Shown here in pieces: positions 1 through 5,751 of a stretch of 6,201 bases of DNA. The translations under genes and the position numbers were made by a program. The first letter of the stretch is position 1; every line of letters starts with the position of its first letter. Below the pieces are notes generated by a model. That model had not been told where the DNA came from, made no database searches, and saw only the letters and a program-made list of their open reading frames with translations. Source of the DNA: Candidatus Caldarchaeales archaeon. Its GTDB lineage: Archaea; Thermoproteota; Nitrososphaeria_A; Caldarchaeales; Calditenuaceae. Location: assembly GCA_032249095.1 (NCBI GenBank), contig JAVVGN010000102.1, forward strand, positions 1-6,201, in the 5' to 3' direction.

Positions 1-71
1 GATGGATGGACTCGGAGCTGACGATCAAGGCGCTCATATACAACATGCTATTGAGAGCCGTAACAACGTAG
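1..71 (+). CDS. 3' end of an ORF entering from upstream; possibly a transposase C-terminus, function not callable
   Basis: Frame +3 is open from the window edge to TAG at 69-71 (WMDSELTIKALIYNMLLRAVTT*). Frame +2 is also open, to TGA at 77-79, so the frame is uncertain. The hydrophobic KAL-YN-L tail loosely resembles C-termini of DDE transposases, but 22 codons are too few to decide. Confidence 0.2.
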   Translation, partial: WMDSELTIKALIYNMLLRAVTT

Positions 72-84
72 AAAACTGAGCCCC

Positions 85-111
85 AGCCGGAGAGGGGAAA
101 ATCGAACCCCA
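85..111 (-). other. tRNA 3'-end-like fragment (T-arm plus acceptor 3' strand) resembling the 3' end of the adjacent tRNA-Cys; not a functional tRNA
   Basis: Plus-strand agccggagaggggaaaatcgaacccca (85-111) aligns to agcccgggaggggattcgaacccct (191-215), the 3' end of tRNA-Cys, with a few substitutions and a 2-nt insertion. On the minus strand it reads GGGG-TTCGATTTT-CCCC-TCTCCGGC-T, giving a 9-nt T-loop. No matching 5' acceptor strand (CCGGAGA) lies upstream. Confidence 0.4.
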
Positions 112-190
112 GGAATTAGGCCATAAGGCATTGTCGGTTCATAAATATATATAGCCGATAATTTCGTGGAGCACTGGTATATAAAGATAT

Positions 191-262
191 AGCCCGGGAG
201 GGGATTCGAACCCCTGTGAAGCGGCTCTGCAGGCCGCCGCCTAGCCGCTCGGCCACCCGGGC
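191..262 (-). tRNA. tRNA-Cys(GCA): tRNA-Cys (anticodon GCA), intron-less, CCA not encoded
   Basis: The reverse complement folds as a 72-nt cloverleaf. Acceptor is GCCCGGG/CCCGGGC and the D arm is GCCG-AGCGGCT-AGGC. The anticodon stem GCGGC/GCCGC carries loop CTGCAGA (anticodon GCA). The variable loop is TTCAC and the T arm is AGGGG-TTCGAAT-CCCCT. The discriminator is U, the known Cys identity element. Confidence 0.92.
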
Positions 263-308
263 CCACGAAATATGATGGTGAGGACAGAGATAAACTCTAT
301 CACTAGGT

Positions 309-322
309 GGTACTGTCAAGTT
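309..322. repeat. IS6-like terminal inverted repeat (transposase-distal end)
   Basis: GGTACTGTCAAGTT matches the reverse complement of 914-927 at 13 of 14 positions. Confidence 0.7.
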
Positions 323-336
323 GGTATTACCTCCTC

Positions 337-863
337 TCATCGTGCCCTGATGATGTTATGCGTTGCTGCAATTGCAGTTACCAGCTCTTCTAGGCTCTTC
401 AGTGTCTTCGTGTTTATGTTGTTGTAGAACATCTTCGTCCTTTCCTTCATTTCCCTGAACCACCTCTCTATCCTGTTCCTTTTACCGGGAGTCTCTTGGA
501 AGTAAGTCATTCTAATATGAGTGGCTTACATTCACATGAGTCCAATATCTTCCTTAGGAACTTGATTGCGCTTGGAATCCCCCTCGACGCGTATACAGCC
601 AATACCTCGTTAGTATCCACATCTATTGCGGCCCAAAGATAACAGGTCTGACCACTCACCTTCAGGACAGCCTCATCTACGGCGACAAGCCTCCTAACCC
701 TCCTGAACTGCCTGAAGAGGGGCGAGAACCTGTGAACCCATATCCCGACGGACTCTCCCTCTACGCCGGTGAGACAGAGCCTCTCGAAAGACGGAATAGA
801 GCTTCTCGAGAGGAGAGTACCTGTGGGATCGAAATAGATTGGAGAAAGATTCCAGTACGGCAT
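337..863 (-). pseudogene. IS6-family DDE transposase, frameshifted and internally deleted
   Basis: Fragment 507-863 contains RRLVAVDEAVLKVSGQTCYLWAAIDVDTNEVLAVYASRG...KPLIL, the D-E-x-x-x-K-x-x-G...YLW-x-AID pattern of IS6 transposases. A 57-codon frame at 337-510 reads MTYFQETPGKRNRIERWFREMKERTKMFYNN...IIRAR*. It carries the N-x-IE-R-x-F...K-x-R motif with the catalytic E. The two frames meet at ATGA (507-510) in different phases. The region that normally lies between them (second catalytic D) is missing. ORF 694-960 overlaps in a third phase, suggesting another frameshift near the N-terminus. Confidence 0.75.
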
Positions 864-913
864 CGATGACGTGCATCATGGCCAGAGACCGATCCCAAAA
901 GGCCTTTAAGTAA

Positions 914-927
914 AACTTGTCAGTACC
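914..927. repeat. IS6-like terminal inverted repeat (transposase-proximal end)
   Basis: AACTTGTCAGTACC is the reverse complement of GGTACTGACAAGTT. It is overlapped by a direct-orientation copy of the other end: 923-937 gtaccgtcaagtcgg versus 310-324 gtactgtcaagttgg (13/15). This end is therefore nearly palindromic around GTAC. Confidence 0.65.
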
Positions 928-942
928 GTCAAGTCGGAGAAG

Positions 943-952
943 AATAAAAATA
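943..952 (+). promoter_or_regulatory. TATA-box-like element upstream of tRNA-Leu
   Basis: AATAAAAATA is centred about 30 nt upstream of the first tRNA nucleotide (979), the spacing expected for an archaeal TATA box plus a short leader. Confidence 0.5.
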
Positions 953-1018
953 CGGGCCAAGAGTTGCTAGGAGTTGGAGCGGGGGTGGCCGAGCCAGGTC
1001 AAAGGCGGCGGCCTCAAG

Positions 1019-1045
1019 ATCTCCACAGTTGGCGGTGGATAGGAA
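1019..1045 (+). other. tRNA-Leu intron 1, canonical position 37/38 (27 nt)
   Basis: ATCTCCACAGTTGGCGGTGGATAGGAA interrupts the anticodon loop immediately 3' of CAA-G. The boundary is ambiguous by 1 nt because an A flanks both ends. An internal CCAC...GTGG pairing is present. Confidence 0.8.
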
Positions 1046-1060
1046 AGCCGCTCCCGTAGG

Positions 1061-1083
1061 CCAGAGAAAGGTCCGGGCGGATG
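1061..1083 (+). other. tRNA-Leu intron 2, non-canonical position in the variable arm (about 23 nt)
   Basis: The stretch between the anticodon stem and the T stem is 37 nt, against about 14 nt expected for an archaeal tRNA-Leu. Excising CCAGAGAAAGGTCCGGGCGGATG restores T-CCC-GTAG-GGG-TTC. Boundaries can slide by 1-2 nt within the G runs. Confidence 0.6.
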
Positions 1084-1178
1084 GGTTCGTGGGTTCGAAT
1101 CCCACCCCCCGCAATTCTACCAGGCTCGGGCGACTGAAGCGGCCCCGAACCCTCTCACAACTATTACTAAGGCACATC

Positions 1179-2492
1179 TTATTTTCTCACTATCCTCGCC
1201 ACCCGCTCCCTAACATCTGGCAAGACCTCGCGCGCTCTCTGTAGGATATCTTCCTCGTTTATCGTGAGTACCTCTCTTTGACGCATCACTATTTTTCCGT
1301 CTATGATTAGGTCGGAGACATCCGAACCCGTGGCGAATAGTGGAAGAGAGTATGGGTCGTGGAGAGGTGTGAGGTGGGAGGCTTTGGCGTTGATTAGTGC
1401 GATGTCTGCCCTTAGGCCCGCGGCCACGTCGCCGAGCATGCTTGCGAAGTGTTTCGCGCCGTTCCTCGTGGCCATCTCCAAAGCCTTCAGAGGCGTCAAA
1501 GGGCCCGGATGGTGGTATGGCGTCCCATAATAGCCCGCCATCCCCGCGAGCATGACACTCATCTCAGAGAACAGGTCAAGCGGCCTGAGGCCGCCCCCAT
1601 CGCTCCCCAAAGCAACATTGCCCCCATGAATCATTATCTCGGGTATCGGCGGAAAATTCATGTACATCATGGCGATGGTCGGGCAGTGTACCACCGTTGC
1701 GCCCGACCTAGCCAGAAAAATGCACTCCTCCTGTGAGAGGAATGCACAGTGAGCAGCCATCAGGGCAGGTTTCAAGAACCCTTTTCGGTGGAGATACTCG
1801 GCTGGCCTCAGGCCCCACCGGCTTAATGAGTGCTGTATCTCGAGGACCTCCTCGCTGAGGTGCATCTGGACGGGGACGTTATCCTCAGAAGCATATCTGA
1901 AGGTTCTCTCGATAAGGTCGTCTGTGGAAGTCATTATCTGGCGTATCGAGTAGTAGCCCCTAACCCTGCCTTCGCGGTATTTTCTCACTAGATCCCTATT
2001 CCTCTCCACACCGATTCTGTAGTTCTCCGGACCGGCATCCATGGTGGAGTACGTCACCAGCGCCCTTAAACCGGATTCCAGGGCAGCCTCGGCCAGCAGC
2101 TCGGGATACGGGCCGCCCGCATCTGCTATAGCCGTTACGCCCTTCTTGATCGAGTTTAGGCAGGAGAGCTGGGCTGAGACCATGGCCTCTTCGCGGGACA
2201 TCTCGGCCTCGAAAGGTATAAGGACCTTCAGCCATACTGGATGTCTCTGCAGCTCCTTCAGCGTCAGGGCCCCGCGCAGCAGGACTTGGAAAGAATGGGT
2301 GTGGCAGTCCACGAGTCCCGGTATAGCTATCTTCCCCTCCCCGTCTATTGTATCAGCCGCATCTACCTTGAGGCCCCGGCCTATAGAGTGGATGAAGCCA
2401 CCACGTATGGCGATGTCCACCCCCTCGAGGGGCCTCCCCTCAAGGCTAAGGATGGTGACGCCGCTGATTAGTATGTCCGCATCCTCCCTCAT
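1179..2492 (-). CDS. Metal-dependent amidohydrolase superfamily protein, ATZ/TRZ-MtaD-SsnA-like deaminase/chlorohydrolase
   Basis: The ORF is 437 aa. It carries PGLVDCHTH (HxH), VQMHLSEE, MAAHCAFL, VVHCP and ALGSDGG, the ordered metal-ligand motifs of this family. The start ATG overlaps the stop of the upstream gene (ATGA at 2489-2492). Confidence 0.88.
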   Translation of the reverse strand: MREDADILISGVTILSLEGRPLEGVDIAIRGGFIHSIGRGLKVDAADTIDGEGKIAIPGLVDCHTHSFQVLLRGALTLKELQRHPVWLKVLIPFEAEMSREEAMVSAQLSCLNSIKKGVTAIADAGGPYPELLAEAALESGLRALVTYSTMDAGPENYRIGVERNRDLVRKYREGRVRGYYSIRQIMTSTDDLIERTFRYASEDNVPVQMHLSEEVLEIQHSLSRWGLRPAEYLHRKGFLKPALMAAHCAFLSQEECIFLARSGATVVHCPTIAMMYMNFPPIPEIMIHGGNVALGSDGGGLRPLDLFSEMSVMLAGMAGYYGTPYHHPGPLTPLKALEMATRNGAKHFASMLGDVAAGLRADIALINAKASHLTPLHDPYSLPLFATGSDVSDLIIDGKIVMRQREVLTINEEDILQRAREVLPDVRERVARIVRK

Positions 2493-3778
2493 ATTTCGGA
2501 CGCATACTCCACTATCCAGTCCATATTCATTAGAGCCGTCCTATCAGCGCGCCTACCCACATCTATCCTCACTTCCCCGTTTAGGTCCCTGATCGGCTCG
2601 CCGAGGTTGCCGTCGCTGCTAAAAGGCTCGAAAAGCCCCTCTTTCATCTCCTCATAGCGTGCCTTGATATGCAGCTGCCACTCATCAGGCACCCTTCCGC
2701 TGAGAGGCGCCATATAGACCGCCCCCTCCTCTCTGCCGAGAGTGCTCTCCTCGGGCTTCTTTGCCCAGCGTGACGGGAGAAAATCGCCTAGCCTCGCCCA
2801 TATATCGACTGACCTCCAAGTCCCTGTATAGACCATCTTGTAGAACTCGAGATAGACCGTGCCCCAATTCACTATGTGTCCGGTGAGGTGGGAGTTAGGC
2901 CCGAAGCTTCTCATATCTGTGTAGTGGCTGAAGCCCCAGACCCTTCTTCCCTTATTGGTGTATTCCTCCGCCACCTGGAGAGCGGTCGGTGAGTCCTCGA
3001 CAGAACTTACCACGTCTGCGCCTGCCAACTCTATCAGGGAGACAGTGGCGTCCCTAGCCTTCACGGGGTCAAACCAGGTGTTAAGCCAAACTATGCGTGC
3101 CTTGATCTCCCTGCCCGTCCTCCTCTTATACGCGTATCTCGCCCCAAGTATGAAGGCGTTAACCAACCTGTTTATCACGGGGACGGGGAAAGTTGCGACC
3201 ACACCAACCGAGCCGGTCTCGGTGACGCTACCCGCCGCGAGCCCCTCGAGATAGAATATCTGATAAGTGTTTATGTCAGCGACCGACATGTTTTCTGGAG
3301 CATTCCCCAAGACGCCGGCCCTGAAGCCATTTATGTGGACGAAGTACCTATCAGGGAACTCGGCCGCAAGCTCGGCCATGGGATCCATATATCCGAAGCT
3401 CGTTCCAACTACGAGGTCTACACCGCGTGACTCTAACAGGCTCTTCATCGCCCCCTTGGCATCAGGGTCGAGGACCCCCTCGACGTAGTAACTCTCTACG
3501 AGTCCCCTCATCTGCTTATCGGCCCATTGGCGGCCCTGGTCGTGAGAATAGGACCAGCCGAAATCTTTTGCGGGGCCGATGTATATGTATCCAGCCTTAA
3601 TTTTTTTGCTCTGCACGACTGTTGTTGTAACTGTGCTTCGGCTGGTCCCGAGAGATAGATAGGTTCCGAGGGATCCTGCGGCACCCCCTATGATTAGTCC
3701 GCCTAGTAGTCCGCCAGCCACAGTCTTGCTGACCGTACCCAAAAACCTACGCCGACCACTAACTCCAGAACTCATCAA
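2489..3778 (-). CDS. Bmp/PnrA/Med-family (basic membrane protein) solute-binding protein with twin-arginine signal peptide
   Basis: The ORF is 429 aa. The N-terminus SGRRRFLGT followed by a Gly/Leu-rich hydrophobic stretch fits a Tat signal. The mature region KIKAGYIYIGPAKDFGWSYSHDQG...VVGTSFGY...VHINGF is typical of the Bmp family of ABC-type (nucleoside) binding proteins. Confidence 0.85.
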   Translation of the reverse strand: MMSSGVSGRRRFLGTVSKTVAGGLLGGLIIGGAAGSLGTYLSLGTSRSTVTTTVVQSKKIKAGYIYIGPAKDFGWSYSHDQGRQWADKQMRGLVESYYVEGVLDPDAKGAMKSLLESRGVDLVVGTSFGYMDPMAELAAEFPDRYFVHINGFRAGVLGNAPENMSVADINTYQIFYLEGLAAGSVTETGSVGVVATFPVPVINRLVNAFILGARYAYKRRTGREIKARIVWLNTWFDPVKARDATVSLIELAGADVVSSVEDSPTALQVAEEYTNKGRRVWGFSHYTDMRSFGPNSHLTGHIVNWGTVYLEFYKMVYTGTWRSVDIWARLGDFLPSRWAKKPEESTLGREEGAVYMAPLSGRVPDEWQLHIKARYEEMKEGLFEPFSSDGNLGEPIRDLNGEVRIDVGRRADRTALMNMDWIVEYASEI

Positions 3779-3797
3779 TGAACGCTTGAGCTGAGCA

Positions 3798-3834
3798 TCT
3801 AAATAGGTTGGTTTCGCAGGTGATTAAAATTTGC
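3798..3834 (-). promoter_or_regulatory. Candidate promoter region of the Bmp-amidohydrolase operon, possibly also a T-tract terminator of the upstream gene
   Basis: On the minus strand, CCTATTTAGA (about 25 nt upstream of ATG 3778) and AAATTTTAATCA (about 50 nt upstream) are the only AT-rich boxes in the 89-bp spacer. Which one is used cannot be decided from sequence. Confidence 0.3.
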
Positions 3835-3867
3835 AACACCGCGCGTTGTATTAATAAGTCCCCAGCC

Positions 3868-4722
3868 TCAACCAACCAGCCATCGTGCAATCAACGAAAG
3901 GAGCAGGCCGAGTAGGAGTGGGATTGTAAGACCTGGAACAGTGTCCCACCTCTTAAGGAGCTGCAGGGTCAGGTAGTAGCCTGAGGCTATTCCGATATTC
4001 GAGAAGATCGCCGGAATCGCCCCCATCTGAAAGAAGGTTGAGGATATCGTTATGGAGTAGAAGAGCAGGTCGCCTAGGCCGATATTGATTCCGCCAACCT
4101 CGACAACCAAGCCACGGATATAGTGTATCCTGCTTCGGTATTCCTCGTGGCTTAGCGTGGAGAGATAGCCCCTCTTCACCATAACTAGGTCGAAGACGCT
4201 AAGCGAGGCTACCAATACGAGGAGGGTCAGCTGGGGTATCATATAGCCTATAATTGTGCCTCCGGCCGCCGCGGTGACCGAGGCCGCCACTAGGGCGGCG
4301 GCGCCGCTCGATCTCCTCACAAGATAGGCTAGAAGGGTGGCTCCAAGGGCCGGCGCCGTGATGTCTATGAGGGGGATCTCCGTGGCTCTGAGGACCCCCA
4401 GCGCCAATATGTGCATGAGGAGCGTGAGGAATGCAACGAGCCAGAAAGCAGCTATCGCGATTATCGAGGCTATCCGCGGATATCTCCTGAAGAGGATGAA
4501 GAAGACGAAGCCGACCGCGGAGATTGTTCCGAGGAAGACCACTGTGTTCAGGTAGGGTGCAGGGGACATGGGGGTGGCCTGCGGTGGCTCCTCAACTACC
4601 ACAACTGGAGCGGTAGCCGGGACTTCGATCAGGCTGAGAGACATGTTGGTGGTGAAGATCCAAACTATTGGCGAGAGAATAAGCGGTGGAAGATGCTCTT
4701 GCTGGAGGGCCCGTTTAGGCAA
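3868..4722 (-). CDS. Presenilin/signal-peptide-peptidase-like (peptidase A22, GxGD-type) intramembrane aspartyl protease
   Basis: The ORF is 284 aa and polytopic hydrophobic. It carries, in the C-terminal half and in the order characteristic of presenilin homologues, LSVFDLVMVKRGY (YD-like motif, here FD), GLGDLLFYS (GxGD) and PGLTIPLLLG (PAL-like, here PGL). The start at 4722 is favoured because an AT-rich TATA-like box lies about 28-35 nt upstream. Internal ATGs at 4644 and 4569 lack such boxes. Confidence 0.78.
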   Translation of the reverse strand: MPKRALQQEHLPPLILSPIVWIFTTNMSLSLIEVPATAPVVVVEEPPQATPMSPAPYLNTVVFLGTISAVGFVFFILFRRYPRIASIIAIAAFWLVAFLTLLMHILALGVLRATEIPLIDITAPALGATLLAYLVRRSSGAAALVAASVTAAAGGTIIGYMIPQLTLLVLVASLSVFDLVMVKRGYLSTLSHEEYRSRIHYIRGLVVEVGGINIGLGDLLFYSITISSTFFQMGAIPAIFSNIGIASGYYLTLQLLKRWDTVPGLTIPLLLGLLLSLIARWLVG

Positions 4723-4749
4723 GCCTGAAACAGTTTGTAGGGGGGATGG

Positions 4750-4762
4750 TTATATATTATTA
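4750..4762. promoter_or_regulatory. AT-rich TATA-like box, potentially bidirectional
   Basis: TTATATATTATTA lies about 28 nt upstream of the minus-strand ATG at 4722 and about 25 nt upstream of the start of repeat unit A (4775-4781) on the plus strand. Confidence 0.4.
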
Positions 4763-4774
4763 GCCTATGTTCCT

Positions 4775-5071
4775 TCTTAGGTATCCGTATACCATTGTTT
4801 GTCCCCCTCCCCCTGAATATTCCCTCCGTTGCCCCTCAGATCCAGATGGGCTGTAGTCCCAGCACATGCTTTATCCTTGACTTCACACTGTGACCAACTA
4901 CTGAGCCGCCACATGAGTCGCCAACATCTCGGAGGTGGATTAGGCTGGTCCTCATATAGGGGGCCTTTGCGCTTGTGGTGATGCTGGGGGTTCAGCTCTC
5001 CTATCTCGGACTTTTCCTTCCGCGCTAGCTGAGAGGATTAAAAAAGAGATTTTGGTCGTTTGTTAGGCTGG
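4775..5071 (+). repeat. Tandem unit A (ORF-less, about 297 bp) of a diverged repeat family
   Basis: The left module 4775-4850 aligns by hand to 5072-5147 with roughly three quarters of positions identical. Matching blocks are TCTTRGGTATCCGTRTA, TTGTTTGTCC 10/10, GAATATT 7/7, CCTC-GTT-CCCC and ATGGG. The right part 4853-5071 aligns collinearly, with indels, to 5831-6003 (six blocks, listed in findings). Confidence 0.7.
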
Positions 5072-5142
5072 TCTTGGGTATCCGTGTAGTTGTTTGTCCT
5101 TTTCCCCAGAATATTACCTCGTTTCCCCACAAGTCCAACTGT

Positions 5143-5745
5143 ATGGGGATGTTTCCGTGTTCCATTCCTAAGGGAGACATAAGGGCATTGATGAAGATAG
5201 GAGAGAGGTGGTTTAGGAGGGTTACTGGGGACTTCCTAGTTATGCGGAGGATGGTATTGGTCTATAAGCCTCTTATGAAGACTCATCAACAACTACTGAA
5301 CAAGTATAAGTCTTTGTCTGAGGCCGAGAAAGAGGTTATGAAGCCGACCATAAAGTCCTTGGAGGTGCAGATGGAGGAGATGGCTAGAATGATTGCTGAG
5401 GAGGCCGGTAAGAGGTATCCGGCCTACAATAGGCTAGTTGATGAGTTAGGTATTCGTGGGAATATTAAGGCTCAGGAGGCTCTGGCCGAGCTGATAGCGT
5501 ACCTAGATCCATCTAAGGGGTTCAGGAAGACAAGCAACCTGTTAGGGCTGTTTAAACCGATTCGTGGTAGAAGAAAGATCTATAGCGGGCACTTGAGACG
5601 TGCTTTACAGAGGCTGACGGCTTCAGTAAACAACATCAGAACATGTGAACTTACCACGAAGATGGAGAAGGAAACCCTCTCAAGAGTCTGGAGGATATGT
5701 AGGCAGGAAGCCCTGGGGAGGCTGGCCACACCGGCGCAGGGATAA
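5143..5745 (+). CDS. IS110-family transposase-like protein: coiled-coil plus C-terminal Transposase_20-like region only, with no DEDD/RuvC-like N-terminal domain
   Basis: In the ORF ending at TAA 5743-5745, YPAYNRLVDELGIRGNIKAQEALAELIAYLDPSKGFRKTSNLLGLFKPIRGRRKIYSGHLRRALQRL follows the IS110 C-terminal pattern. That pattern is L-x-sIPGIG...A-x-LLAEIGD...F-x-s...L-x-x-y-GL-x-P...SG/rGrIsk-G...LR-x-aL. It is preceded by a heptad-like helix (KSLEVQMEEMARMIAEE). The start is uncertain. The tracked TTG at 5074 lies in non-coding-looking repeat sequence, ATG 5143 is the first ATG, and ATG 5191 (MKIGERWF) is the first inside the unit-B-specific segment. Confidence 0.6.
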   Translation: MGMFPCSIPKGDIRALMKIGERWFRRVTGDFLVMRRMVLVYKPLMKTHQQLLNKYKSLSEAEKEVMKPTIKSLEVQMEEMARMIAEEAGKRYPAYNRLVDELGIRGNIKAQEALAELIAYLDPSKGFRKTSNLLGLFKPIRGRRKIYSGHLRRALQRLTASVNNIRTCELTTKMEKETLSRVWRICRQEALGRLATPAQG

Positions 5746-5751
5746 AGCCCA

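Larger units (their letters stand above)
309..927 (-). mobile_element. Degenerate IS6-family insertion sequence (internally deleted, transposase inactivated)
   Basis: Terminal inverted repeats are GGTACTGTCAAGTT (309-322) and the reverse complement of 914-927, GGTACTGACAAGTT (13/14 identical). They start GG-ACTGT like the IS26 IR GGCACTGTTGCAAA. They enclose minus-strand transposase fragments with IS6-type DDE motifs. At 619 bp the element is shorter than typical IS6 members. No matching 8-bp target duplication is present (flanks cactaggt and gtcaagtc). Confidence 0.75.
979..1113 (+). tRNA. tRNA-Leu(CAA): tRNA-Leu (anticodon CAA) with two introns; mature length about 85 nt, CCA not encoded
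   Basis: Acceptor is GCGGGGG (979-985) paired with CCCCCGC (1106-1112), with discriminator A1113. The D arm is GCC-GAGCCAGGTCAAA-GGC. The anticodon stem is GCGGC (1008-1012) paired with GCCGC (1047-1051), with loop CT-CAA-G...A. The T arm is GTGGG-TTCGAAT-CCCAC (1089-1105). Removing both insertions leaves a class-II variable arm, TCCCGTAGGGGTTC. Confidence 0.9.

Noticed and set aside
85-156. The tRNA-like fragment as a functional split-tRNA 3' half, since TATA-like strings lie about 30 nt upstream on the minus strand
   Set aside because: The T arm would have a 9-nt loop (or G-U/U-C pairs in place of the conserved G53-C61), and no partner 5' half is visible. A decayed duplicate of the tRNA-Cys 3' end is the simpler reading.
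48-1244. Tracked ORFs 48-266(-), 116-340(-), 929-1177(-) and 1029-1244(+)
   Set aside because: They overlap the tRNA-Cys and tRNA-Leu genes or their flanks. Their translations are Arg/Gly/Pro-rich artefacts of reading through tRNA sequence.
1303-4780. Antisense ORFs opposite the three long minus-strand genes: plus-strand 1303-1530, 1449-1736, 2041-2592, 2241-2471, 2955-3254, 3267-3488, 4337-4555, 4411-4728 and 4568-4780. Off-frame minus-strand ORFs at 1996-2235 and 2685-2867.
   Set aside because: All lie wholly inside, or antisense to, CDSs with clear family motifs. Their products are low-complexity (Arg/Pro/Ser/Ala-rich) with no recognisable motifs, as expected for shadow ORFs in moderately GC-rich DNA.
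4978-5032. Possible C/D-box sRNA: GTGATGC (4978-4984) ... CTGA (5029-5032), with 44-nt spacing
   Set aside because: Only the terminal C-like and D boxes are present. The expected D' position reads TCTC and the expected C' position reads TCGGAC. There is no terminal stem, and the box C variant ends in C. This is too weak to call without expression or target-complementarity evidence.
5074-5142. TTG start at 5074, giving the full 223-aa tracked ORF
   Set aside because: The first 23 codons lie in the left repeat module. That module is conserved with unit A at the nucleotide level but has 2-nt and 1-nt indels that break the frame, so it behaves as non-coding sequence. An ATG at 5143 or 5191 is more plausible.
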